A program made the translations under genes and the position numbers. This document shows positions 10,083 to 23,300 of a DNA stretch of 64,000 bases, piece by piece. Numbering within the stretch: position 1 is the first letter of the stretch; each line of letters opens with the position of its first letter. Under the pieces are notes generated by a model. That model worked only from the letters and a program-made list of their open reading frames with translations, searched no databases and was not told the DNA's origin. The stretch is from contig OZ024743.1 in NCBI GenBank assembly GCA_964016885.1, forward strand, positions 223,076,001-223,140,000. Reading direction: 5' to 3'. The stretch is from Eledone cirrhosa. Its lineage: Eukaryota.

Positions 10083-11112
10083 CTTATCTATCATGAAGAT
10101 ATTCTTCACCATTGCTTCTAAGTGGTTGACAGACTTCCCTAAGGAAAGAGGGGTTCCAAAGGTGTCTAGAATATTTCAGCAGGGTGACCCAGCTGGTCAG
10201 AGAAGCCCAGGAGCTCCAGGGGGCTCCATTGAAATGTTGTGGCTGGATGTCACAGATATCTACAGATCTATATCCCACAAACTGGTTGAAGAGGTTGTGA
10301 ACAGGTACAAAGTCCCAGACATTTTCAGAAATATAACAGGTATCAAATTCCAGACATTTTCAGAGATATCATTCTGGATATCTACAATGTCTGACTGAAC
10401 ATATATGTGCTTTTTCTCCCCCTCCCACAAATGTTTCCCATTTCTTCCTCTTCTCACTCTATCTTTCTCTTTCTTCGCATATTTCTCATTCTATCTTCTG
10501 ATAAAGGATTAGCACCTGAAATATTAAGACTCTTTTTCTAGTATATCAAGTGCTAACCCTTTAGCATTTAAACTGGCCATATCCAGCCAGAATTCTCACA
10601 CCTCTTTCTGTTCATAGCAATGTTAAGGTATTGTTCTCAAAATAAATAACATCAAAATCTCATAGATTCAATATTATGTGAGGTAAAGCCTTTACCGTGA
10701 AAATACAATAGTAAATATAGAGTAATGTAAATGCTCAAGGGTTAAACCAATATATATCTTCATTGTATTGTATCATTTGCTGTGTTGTTTTCCATTCACT
10801 TTTCTCACACTTTTTGTCTGAGAGTCTCTGCCGGGTCTATGACTTCCGAGTGGCATAAACTTGAGAAATGAATTATCACTGAATGTACCACACCCATCCT
10901 TTTTGCAATTGCTATGAATATGTTAGCAAAGAATGCTGAGGTATACCATTCACTGAGTCCAATGTCCATAAGTCCTCCAGGAGCAAGTGAATCCTGAAGG
11001 GTTTAAAGAAAAGATCTTTAGGGGTCACATGATTCAAGTCCAGATCCATTGTGCTGAACAAAGGAAAATCATGAATAAGTTATACTTTGCACATAGCAGC
11101 ACCCTGATATTC
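10083..11112 (+). pseudogene. Relic reverse transcriptase of a Hero/R2-superfamily non-LTR retrotransposon, split by later insertions at ~10345-10810
   Basis: Fragments KIFFTIASKWLTDF, MLWLDVTDIYRSISHKLVEEVVNRYKVP, RVSAGSMTSEWHKLEK*IITECTTPILFAIAMNMLAKNAEV (from 10821) and KSRSIVLNKGK (~11037) are colinear with Hero RT motifs WLDLANAYGSIPHKLV, WHRLEKGIITGCTISVILFALAMNM and KSRSLVLKKGK. Stops and deletions are present and no intact catalytic DD motif was seen. Confidence 0.8.
10557..10741. mobile_element. MITE with 14-bp TIRs and a TTAA-type target (piggyBac-like), nested in the LINE relic
   Basis: CTAA|CCCTTTAGCATTTA ... TAAATGCTCAAGGG|TTAA; the TIRs match at 13/14 positions. Confidence 0.75.
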
Positions 11113-11370
11113 TAACTACCCAAATTATTTTATCCATCCACTTCTCAGCCAGTAAAATGCCCATTATCATTTCTTACCCAGAAAAACTTATGTCTATAGT
11201 GTTTGCATGTGAGGGGATATGACAGATGCCCCACCACCACACATACATTGCACATCGTCTATACAATGCATATCTTCTTGCCTTCTCTTAAACACATCCA
11301 GAATTTCACTGAAACTACCTTTCAGTTTAGCAGGTTTTAATTGGGTTACCTTGCAGTAGGGGTTTTTCTG

Positions 11371-14300
11371 TCAAAGGTACAGTTGACTGTATTAATGCTA
11401 GGACACTGCCTTCAAAGGCAGAGTTGGCGGTAAATGCCAGGACACTGCCTTCAAAGATACAGTGGCCTTCAAAAGTAATTGACTGTATCCATGCTAGGAC
11501 ATTGCCTTCAAAGGTATAGTTGACTGTATCCATGTTAGGACATTGCCTTCAAAGGTAGAGTTGACTGTATCCATGCTAGAACATTGCCTTCAAAGGTATG
11601 GTTGACTATATCCATGCTAGGACACTGCTTTCAAAGGTTCAGTTGATATATCTACACTAGGACACTGCCTTCAAAGGTACAGTTGACGATTGATGCTAGG
11701 ACACTGCCTTCAAAGGTAATTGACTGTATTGATCCTAGGACACTGCCTTCAAAGGTACAGTTGACTGTATTGATGCTAGGACATTGCCTTCAAAGGTACA
11801 GTTGACTGTATTCATGCTAGGACACTGCCTTCAAAGGTACAGTTGACTGTATTGATGCTAGGACACTGCTTTCAAAGGTACAGTTGACTGTATTGATGCT
11901 AGGACACTGCCTTGAAAGGTAGAGCTGACTGTATCCATGCTAGGACACTGCCTTCAAAGGTACAATTGACTGTATTGATGCTGGGACACTGAGGTACTGT
12001 TGACTGTATTGATGCTGGGACACTGCTTTCTAAGGTCAGTTGACTGTATCCATGCTGGGACACTGCTTTCTAAGGTACAGTTGACTGTATCCATGCTAGT
12101 ACATTGCCTTCAAAGGTACAGTTGACTGTATCCATGCTGGGACACTGCTTTCTAAGGTACAGTTGACTGTATCCATGCTAGGACGTTGCCTTCAAAAGTA
12201 CTGTTTACTGTATCCATGCTAGGACATTGCATTCAAAGGTAGAGTTGACTGTATCCAAGCTGGGACACTGCTTTCTAAGGTACAGTTGACTATATCCATG
12301 CTAGGACATTGACTTCAAAGGTACTGTTTACTGTATGCATGCTAGTACATTGCCTTCAAAGGTACAGTTGACTGTATCCATGCTGGGACACTGCCTTCAA
12401 AGGTACAGTTGACTGTATCCATGCTAGGACATTGCCTTCAAAGGTACAGTTGACTGTATCCATGCTGGCACACTGCCTTCAAAGGTACAGTTGACGGTAT
12501 CCATGCTAGGACACTGCCTTCAAAGGTACAGTTGACTGTATCCATGCTAGGACATTGGTTTCTAAGTTACAGTTGACTGTATTGATGCTAGGACACTGCC
12601 TTCAAAGGTACAGTTGGCTGTAGCCAAGCTGGGACACTACTTTCTAAGGTACAGTTGACTGTATCCATGCTGGGACACTGCCTTCAAAGGTACAGTTGAC
12701 TGTATCCATGCTAGGGCACTGCTTTCTAAGGTACAGTTGACTGTATCCATGCTGGGCCACTGCCTTCAAAGGTACAGTTGACTGTATCCATGCTAGGACA
12801 CTGCCTTCAAAGGTACAGTTGACTGTATCCATGCTGGGACACTGCCTTCAAAGGTACAGTTGACTGTATCCATGCTAGGACACTGCCTTCAAAGGTACAG
12901 TTGACTGTATCCATGCTAGGGCACTGCTTTCTAAGGTACAGTTGACTATATCCATTATGAGACACTGCCTTCAAAGGTACAGTTGACTGTATCCAAGTTG
13001 GGACACTGCCTTCAAAGGTACTTGACTGTATCCATGCTAGGACATTGCCTTCAAAGGTACAGTTAACTGTATCCATGCTGGGACACTGCCTTCAAAGGTA
13101 CAGTTGACTGTATCCATGCTAGGACATTGCTTTCTAAGGTACAGTTGACTGTATTGATGCTAGGAAACTGCCTTCAAAGGTACAGTTGACTATATCCATG
13201 ATGGGACACTGCCTTCAAAGGTACAGTTGACAGTATCCAAGTTGGGACACTGCCTTCAAAGGTAATTGACTGTATCCATGCTAGAACATTGCCTTCAAAG
13301 GTACAGTTGACTGTATCCATGCTGGGACACTGCCTTCAAAGGTACAGTTGACTGTATCCATGCTAGAACATTGCTTTCTAAGGTACAGTTGACTGAATTG
13401 ATGCTGGGACACTGCCTTCAAAGGTACAGTTGACTGTATCCAAGCTGGTACACTGCTTTCTAAGGTACAGTAGACTGTATCCATGCTGGGACACTGCCTT
13501 CAAAGGTACAGTTGACTGTATCCAAGCTGGGACACTGACTTCAAAGGTACAGTTGACAGTATCCATGCTGGGACACTGCCTTCAAAGGTACATTTGACTG
13601 TATCCATGCTGGGACACTGCCTTCAAATGTACAGTTGGCTGTATCCAAGCTGAGACATTGCTTTCTAAGGGACAGTTGACTGTATCCATGATGGGACACT
13701 GCCTTCAAAGGTACAGTTGGCTGTATCCAAGCTGAGACACTGCTTTCTAAGGTACAGTTGACTGTATCCATGCTGGGACACTGCCTTTAAAGGTACAGTT
13801 GACTGTATCCAAGCTGGGACACTGCCTTCAAAGGTACAGTTGACTGTATCCAAGCTGGGACACTGCCTTCAAAGGTAATTGACTGTATTTCTGCTAGGAC
13901 ACTGCCTTCAAAGGTACAGTTGAATGTATCCAAGTTGGGACACTGCTTTGTAAGGTACAGTTGACTGTATCCAAGCAGGGACACTGCTTTCTAATGTGGA
14001 GTTGACTGTATCCATGCTGGGACACTGCTTTCTAAGGTACAGTTGACTGTATCCAAGATGTGACACTGCCTTCAAAGGTACAGTTGACTGTATCCATGCT
14101 GGGACACTGCTTTCTAAGGTACAGTTGACTATATCCATGCTAGGACATTGCCTTCAAAGGTACAGTTGACTGTATCCATGCTGGGACACTGCTTTCTAAG
14201 GTACAGTTGACTGTATCCATGCTAGGACATTGCCTTCAAAGGTACAGTTGACTGTATCTATGCTGGGACACTGCCTTCAAAGGTACAGTTGACTGTATCC

Positions 14301-17300
14301 ATGCTAGGACATTGGCTTCAAATGTACAGTTGACTGTATCCAAGCTGGGACACTGCTTTCTAAGGTACAGTTGACTGTATCCAAGCTGGGACATTGCCTT
14401 CAAAGGTACAGTTGACTGTATCCATGCTGGGACATTGCTTTCTAAGGTACAGTTGACTGTATGCAAGCTGGGACACTGCCTTCAAAGGTACAGTTGATTG
14501 TATCCATGCTAGAACATTGCCTTCAAAGGTAGAGTTGACTGTATCCATGCTGGGACACTGCTTTCTAAGGTACAGTTGACTGTATCCATGCTAGGACATT
14601 GCCTTCAAAGGTACAGTTGACTGTATCCAAGCTGGGACACTGCTTTCTAATGTACAGTTGACTATATCCATGCTAAAAGATTGCTTTCTAAGGTACAGTT
14701 GACTATATCCATGCTAGGACATTGCCTTCAAAGGTACAGTTGACTGTATATATGCTGGGACACTGCCTCCAAAGGTACAGTTGACTGTATCCATGCTGGG
14801 ACACTGCCTCCAAAGGTACAGTTGACTGTATCCATGCTGGGACACTGCCTTCAAAGGTACAGTTGACTATATCCATGCTAGGACACTGCATTCAAAGGTA
14901 CAGTTGACTGTATCCATGCTAGGACATTGCTTTCAAAGGTACAGTTGACTGTCTCCATGCTGGGACACTGCCTTCAAAGGTACAGTTGACTGTATCCATG
15001 CTAGGACACTGCTTTCTAAGGTACAGTTGACTGTATACATGCTGGGACACTGCTTTCAAAGGTACAGTTGACTGTATCCAAGCTAGGACACTGCTTTCTA
15101 AGGTACAGTTGACTATATGCATGATGGCACACTGCCTTCAAAGGTACAGTTGACTGTATCGAAGCTGGGACACTGCCTTCAAGGGTACAGTTGACTGTAT
15201 CCATGCTAGAACATTGCTTTCTAAGGTACAATTGACTGTATTGGTGCTAGGACACTGCCTTCAAAGGTACAGTTGACTGTATCCAAGCTGTGACACTGCT
15301 TTCTAAGGTACAGTTGACTGTATCCATGCTAGGACATTGCCTTCAAAGGTACACTTGACTGTATCCATGCTAGGACACTGCCTTCAAAGGTACAGTTGAC
15401 TGTATCCAAGCTGGGACACTGCCCTCAAAGGTACAGTTGACAGTATCCATGCTGGGACACTGCCTTCAAAGATACAGTTGACTGTATCCATGCTGGGACA
15501 CTGCCTTCAAATGTACGGTTGACTGTATCCATGCTGGGACACTGCCTTCAAAGGTACAGTTGACTGTATCCAAGCTGAGACATTGCTTTCTAAGGTACAG
15601 TTGACTGTATCCATGATGGGACACTGCCTTCAAAGGTACAGTTGGCTGTATCCAAGCTGAGACACTGCTTTCTAAGGTACAGTTGACTATATCCATGCTG
15701 GGACACTGCCTTTAAAGGTACAGTTGACTGTATCCAAGCTGGGACACTGCCTTCAAAGGTACAGTTGACTGTATCCAAGCTGGGACACTGCCTTCAAAGG
15801 TAATTGACTCTATTTCTGCTAGGACACGGCCTTCAAATGTACAGTTGAATGTATCCAAGTTGGGACACTGCTTTGTAAGGTACAGTTGACTGTATCCAAG
15901 CAGGGACACTGCTTTCTAATGTGGAGTTGACTGTATCCATGCTGGGACACTGCTTTCTAAGGTACAGTTGACTGTATCCAAGATGTGACACTGCCTTCAA
16001 AGGTACAGTTGACTGTATCCATGCTGGGACACTGCTTTCTAAGGTACAGTTGACTATATCCATGCTAGGACATTGCCTTCAAAGGTACAGTTGACTGTAT
16101 CCATGCTGGGACACTGCTTTCTAAGGTACAGTTCACTGTATCCATGCTGGGACAATGCTTTCTAAGGTACAGTTGACTGTATCCATGCTAGGACATTGCC
16201 TTCAAAGGTACAGTTGACTGTATCCATGCTGGGACACTGCTTTCTAAGGTACAGTTGACTGTATCCAAGATGTGACACTGCCTTCAAAGGTACAGTTGAC
16301 TGTATCCATGCTGGGACACTGCTTTCTAAGGTACAGTTGACTATATCCATGCTAGGACATTGCCTTCAAAGGTACAGTTGACTGTATTCATGCTGGGACA
16401 CTGCTTTCTAAGGTACAGTTGACTGTATCCATGCAGGGACACTGCTTTCTAAGGTACAGTTGACTGTATCCATGCTGGGACACTGCCTTCAAAGGTACAG
16501 TTGACTGTATCTATGCTGGGACACTGCCTTCAAAGGTACAGTTGACTGTATCCATGCTAGGACATTGCCTTCAAAGGTACAGTTGACTGTATCTATGCTG
16601 GGACACTGCCTTCAAAGGTACAGTTGACTGTATCCATGCTAGGACATTGCCTTCAAATGTACAGTTGACTGTATCCATGCTGGGACATTGCTTTCTAAGG
16701 TACAGTTGACTGTATGCAAGTTGGGACACTGCCTTCTAAGGTACAGTTGATTGTATCCATGCTAGGACATTGCCTTCAAAGGTAGAGTTGACTGTATCCA
16801 AGCTGGGACATTGCTTTCTAAGGTACAGTTGACTATATCCATGCTAGCACATTGCCTTCAAAGGTACAGTTGACTGTATCTATGCTGGGACACTGCCTTC
16901 AAAGGTACTGTTTACTGTATCCATGCTAGGACATTGCCTTCAAAGGTACAGTTGACTGTATCCAGGCTGGGACACTGCTTTCTAAGGTACAGTTGACTGT
17001 ATCCATGGTGGGACATTGCCTTCAAAGGTACTGTTTACTGTATCCATGCTAGGACATTGCCTTCAAAGGTACAGTTGACTGTATCCAAGCTGGGACACTG
17101 CTTTCTAATGTACAGTTGACTATATCCATGCTAAAAGATTGCTTTCTAAGGTACAGTTGACTATATCCATGCTAGGACATTGCCTTCAAAGGTACAGTTG
17201 ACTGTATCCATGCTGGGACATTGCTTTCTAAGGTACAGTTGACTATATCCATGCTAGCACATTGCCTTCAAAGGTACAGTTGACTGTATCCATGCTGGGA

Positions 17301-20300
17301 CACTGCCTTCAAAGGTACAGTTGACTGTATCCAAGCTGGGACACTGCTTTCTAAGGTACAGTTGACTGTATCCATGCTAGGACATTGCCTTCAAAGGTAC
17401 AGTTGACTGTATCCATGCTGGGACACTGCTTTCTAAGGTACAGTTGACTGTATCCATGCTGGGACATTGCCTTCAAAGGTACTGTTTACTGTATCCATGC
17501 TAGGACATTGCCTTAAAAGGTAGAGTTGACTGTATCCAAGCTGGGACACTACTTTCTAAGGTACAGTTGACTGTATCCATGCTGGGACACTGCCTTCAAA
17601 GGTAAAGTTGACTGTATCCATGCTAGGACACTGCATTCAAAGGTACAGTTGACTGTATCCATGCTGGGACATTGCCTTCAAAGGTACTGTTTCCTGTATC
17701 CATGCTAGGACATTGCCTGCAAAGGTACAGTTGACTGTATCCATGCTGGGACACTGCCTTCAAAGGTAAAGTTGACTGTATCCATGCTAGGACACTGCAT
17801 TCAAAGGTACAGTTGACTGTATCCATGCTAGGACATTGCTTTCAAAGGTACAGTTGACTGTCTCCATGCTGGGACACTGCCTTCAAAGGTACAGTTGACT
17901 GTATCCATGCTAGTATATTGCTTTCTAAGGTACAGTTGACTGTATACATGCTGGGACATTGCCTTCAAAGGTACTGTTTCCTGTATCCATGCTAGGACAT
18001 TGCCTGCAAAGGTACAGTTGACTGTATCCATGCTGGGACACTGCCTTCAAAGGTAAAGTTGACTGTATCCATGCTAGGACACTGCATTCAAAGGTACAGT
18101 TGACTGTATCCATGCTAGGACATTGCTTTCAAAGGTACAGTTGACTGTCTCCATGCTGGGACACTGCTTTCAAAGGTACAGTTGACTGTATCGAAGCTAG
18201 GACACTGCTTTCTAAGGTACAGTTGACTATATGCATGATGGCACACTGCCTTCAAAGGTACAGTTGACTGTATCGAAGCTGGGACACTGCCTTCAAGGGT
18301 ACAGTTGACTGTATCCATGCTAGGACATTGTTTTCTAAGGTACAGTTGGCTGTATTGGTGCTAGGACACTGCCTTCAAAGGTACAGTTGACTGTATCCAA
18401 GCTGAGACACGGCTTTCTAAGGTACACTTGACTGTATCCATGCTAGGACACTGCCTTCAAAGGTACAGTTGGCTGTATCCAAGCTGAGACACGGCTTTCT
18501 AAGGTACAGTTGACTGTATCCATGCTGGGACACTGCCTTTAAAGGTACAGTTGACTGTATCCAAGCTGGGACACTGCCTTCAAAGGTACAGTTGAATGTA
18601 TCCAAGTTGGGACACTGCTTTGTAAGGTACAGTTGACTGTATCCAAGCAGGGACACTGCTTTCTAAGGTACAGTTGACTGTATCCATGCTGGGACACTGC
18701 CTTCAAAGGTACAGTTGACTGTATCCATGCTGGGACACTGCTTTCTAAGGTACAGTTGACTGTATCCATGCTGGGACACTGCTTTCTAAGGTACAGTTGA
18801 CTGTATCCATGCTGGGACATTGCCTTCAAAGGGACAGTTGACTGTATCCATGATGGGACACTGCCTTCAAAGGTATAGTTGACTGTATCTATGCTGGGAC
18901 ACTGCCTTCAAAGGTACAGTTGACTGTATCCATGCTAGGACACTGCCTTCAAAGGTACAGTTGACTGTATCCATGATGGGACACTGCCTTCAAAGGTACA
19001 GTTGACTGTATCCATGCTAGTATATTGCTTTCTAAGGTACAGTTGACTGTATCCATGCTGGGACATTGCTTTCTAAGGTACAGTTGACTGTATCCATGCT
19101 GGGACATTGCTTTCTAAGGTACAGTTGACTGTATGCAAGCTGGGACACTGCCTTCAAAGGTACAGTTTACTGTATCCATGCTGGGACAATGCCTTCAAAT
19201 GTACAGTTGACTGTATCCAAGCTGGGACACTGCTTTCTAAGATACAGTTGACTGTATCCATGCTGGGACATTGCCTTCAAAGGTACTGTTTAGTTTATCC
19301 ATGCTAGGACATTGCCTTCAAAGGTAGAGTTGACTATATCCAAGCTGGGACACTGCTTTCTAAGGTACAGTTGACTGTATCCATGCTAGGACATTGCCTT
19401 CAAAGGTACAGTTGACTGTATATATGCTGGGACACTGCCTTCAAAGGTACAGTTGACTGTATCCAAGCAGGGACACTGCTTTCTAAGGTACAGTTGACTG
19501 TATCCATGCTGGGACACTGCCTTCAAAGGTACAGTTGACTGTATCCATGCTGGGACACTGCTTTCTAAGGTACAGTTGACTGTATCCATGCTGGGACACT
19601 GCTTTCTAAGGTACAGTTGACTGTATCCATGCTAGGACATTGCCTTCAAAGGGACAGTTGACTGTATCCATGATGGGACACTGCCTTCAAAGGTATAGTT
19701 GACTGTATCTATGCTGGGACACTGCATTCAAAGGTACAGTTGACTGTATCACTGCTAGGACATTGCTTTCAAAGGTACAGTTGACTGTCTCCATGCTGGG
19801 ACATTGCCTTCAAAGGTACAGTTGACTGTATCCATGCTAGGACATTGATTTCTAAGATACAGTTGACTGTATTGATGCTAGGACACTGCTTTCAAAGGTA
19901 CTGTTTACTGTAACCAAGCTGGGACACTGCTTTCTAAGGTACAGTTGACTGTATGCATGATGGCACACTGCCTTCAAAGGTACAGTTGACTGTATCGAAG
20001 CTGGGACACTGCCTTCAAGGGTACAGTTGACTGTATCCATGCTAGGACATTGCTTTCTAAGGTACAGTTGACTGTATTGATGCTAGGACACTGCCTTCAA
20101 AGGTACAGTTGACTGTATCCAAGCTGTGACACTGCTTTCTAAGGTACAGTTGACTGTATCCATGCTAGGACATTGCCTTCAAAGGTACAGTTGACTGTAT
20201 CCATGCTGGGACAATGCCTTCAAAGGTACAGTTGACTGTATCCAAGCTGGGACACTGCCTTCAAAGGTACAGTTGACTGTATCCATGCTGGGACACTGCC

Positions 20301-23300
20301 TTCAAAGGTAAAGTTGACTGTATCTATGCAAGGACACTGCATTCAAAGGTACAGTTGACTGTATCACTGCTAGGACATTGCTTTCAAAGGTACAGTTGAC
20401 TGTCTCCATGCTGGGACACTGCCTTCAAAGGTACAGTTGACTGTATCCATGCTAGGACATTGATTTCTAAGATACAGTTGACTGTATTGATGCTAGGACA
20501 CTGCTTTCAAAGGTACTGTTTACTGTAACCAAGCTGGGACACTGCTTTCTAAGGTACAGTTGACTGTATGCATGATGGCACACTGCCTTCAAAGGTACAG
20601 TTGACTGTATCGAAGCTGGGACACTGCCTTCAAGGGTACAGTTGACTGTATCCATGCTAGGACATTGCTTTCTAAGGTACACTTGACTATATGCATGATG
20701 GCACACTGCCTTCAAAGGTACAGTTGACTGTATCGAAGCTGGGACACTGCCTTCAAGGGAACAGTTGACTGTATCCATGCTAGGACATTGCTTTCTAAGG
20801 TACAGTTGACTGTATTGATGCTAGGACACTGCCTTCAAAGGTACAGTTGACTGTATCCAAGTTGTGACACTGCTTTCTAAGGTACAGTTGACTGTATCCA
20901 TGCTAGGACATTGCCTTCAAAGGTACACTTGACTGTATCCATGCTAGGACAATGCCTTCAAAGGTACAGTTGACTGTATCCAAGCTGGGACACTGCCTTC
21001 AAAGGTACATTTGTCTGTATCCAAGCTGGGACACTGCCTTCAAAGGTACAGTTGACAGTATCCATGCTGGGACACTGCCTTCAAAGGTACATTTGACTGT
21101 ATCCATGCTGGGATACTGCCTTCAAATGTACGGTTAACTGTATCCATGCTGGGACACTGCCTTCAAAGGTACGGTTGGCTGTATCCAAGCTGAGACACTG
21201 CTTTCTAAGGTACAGTTGACTGTATCCATGCTGGGACACTGCCTTTAAAGGTACAGTTGACTGTATCCAAGCTGGGACACTGCCTTCAAAGGTACAGTTG
21301 ACTGTATCCAAGCTGGGACACTGCCTTCAAAGGTAATTGACTGTATTTCTGCTAGGACACTGCCTTCAAAGGTACAGTTGAATGTATCCAAGTTGGGACA
21401 CTGCTTTGTAAGGTACAGTTGACTGTATCCAAGCAGGGACACTGCTTTCTAATGTGGAGTTGACTGTATCCATGCTGGGACACTGCTTTCTAAGGTACAG
21501 TTGACTGTATCCAAGATGTGACACTGCCTTCAAAGGTACAGTTGACTGTATCCATGCTGGGACACTGCTTTCTAAGGTACAGTTGACTATATCCATGCTA
21601 GGACATTGCCATCAAAGGTACAGTTGTCTGTATATATGCTGGGACACTGCCTCCAAAGGTACAGTTGACTGTATCCATGCTGGGACACTGCCTTCAAAGG
21701 TAAAGTTGACTGTATCCATGATAGGACACTGCATTCAAAGGTACAGTTGACTGTATCCATGCTAGGACATTGCTTTCAAAGGTACAGTTGACTGTCTCCA
21801 TGATGGGACACTGCCTTCAAAGGTACAGATGACTGTATCCATGCTAGGACATTGATTTCTAAGATACAGTTGACTGTATTGATGCTAGGACACTGCTTTC
21901 AAAGGTACAGTTGACTGTAACCAAGCTGGGACACTACTTTCTAAGGTACAGTTGACTGTATCCATGCTGGGACACTGCCTTCAAAGGTACAGTTGACTGT
22001 ATCCATGCTAGTATATTGCTTTCTAAGGTACAGTTGACTGTATACATGCTGGGACACTGCTTTCAAAGGTACAGTTGACTGTATCCAAGCTAGGACACTG
22101 CTTTTTAAGGTACAGTTGACTATATGCATGATGGCACACTGCCTTCAAAGGTACAGTTGACTGTATCGAAGCTGGGACACTGCCTTCAAGGGTACAGTTG
22201 ACTGTATCCATGCTAGGACATTGCTTTCTAAGGTACAGTTGACTGTATTGGTGCTAGGACACTGCCTTCAAAGGTACAGTTGACTGTATCCAAGCTGTGA
22301 CACTGCTTTCTAAGGTACAGTTGACTGTATCCATGCTAGGACATTGACTTCAAAGATACACTTGACTGTATCCATGCTAGGACACTGCCTTCAAAGGTAC
22401 AGTTGACTGTATCCAAGCTGGGACACTGCCTTCAAAGGTACAGTTGACAGTATCCATGCTGGGACACTGCCTTCAAAGGTACATTTGACTGTATCCATGC
22501 TGGGACACTGCCTTCAAATGTACGGTTGACTGTATCCATGCTGGGACAGTGCCTTCAAAGGTACAGTTGACTGTATCCAAGCTGAGACATTGCTTTCTAA
22601 GGTACAGTTGACTGTATCCATGATGGGACACTGCCTTCAAAGGTACAGTTGGCTGTATCCAAGCTGAGACACTGCTTTCTAAGGTACAGTTGACTGTATC
22701 CATGCTGGGACACTGCTTTTAAAGGTACAGTTGACTGTATCCAAGCTGGGACACTGCCTTCAAAGGTAATTGACTGTATTTCTGCAAGGACACGGCCTTC
22801 AAAGGTACAGTTGAATGTATCCAAGTTGGGACACTGCTTTGTAAGGTACAGTTGACTGTATCCATGCTAGGACATTGCCTTCAAAGGTAGAGTTGACTGT
22901 ATCCAATATGTGACACTGCCTTCAAAGGTACAGTTGACTGTATCCATGCTGGGACACTGCTTTCTAAGGTACAGTTGACTGTATCCATGCTAGGACATTG
23001 CCTTTAAAGGTACAGTTGACTGTATCCATGATGGGACACTGCCTTCAAAGGTACAGTTGACTGTATCCATGCTAGGACATTGCCTTCAAATGTACAGTTG
23101 ACTGTATCCATGATGGGACACTGCCTTCAAAGGTACAGTTGACTGTATCCATGCTGGGACATTGCTTTCTAAGGTACAGTTGACTGTATGCAAGCTGGGA
23201 CACTGCTTTCTAAGGTACAGTTGACTATATCCATGCTAGCACATTGCCTTCAAAGGTACAGTTGACTGTATCCATGCTGGGACACTGCTTTCTAAGGTAC

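Noticed and set aside
10033-10398. 121-aa ORF as a functional gene
   Set aside because: It is a chance fusion of a retroelement tail and a frameshifted, deleted LINE RT fragment.
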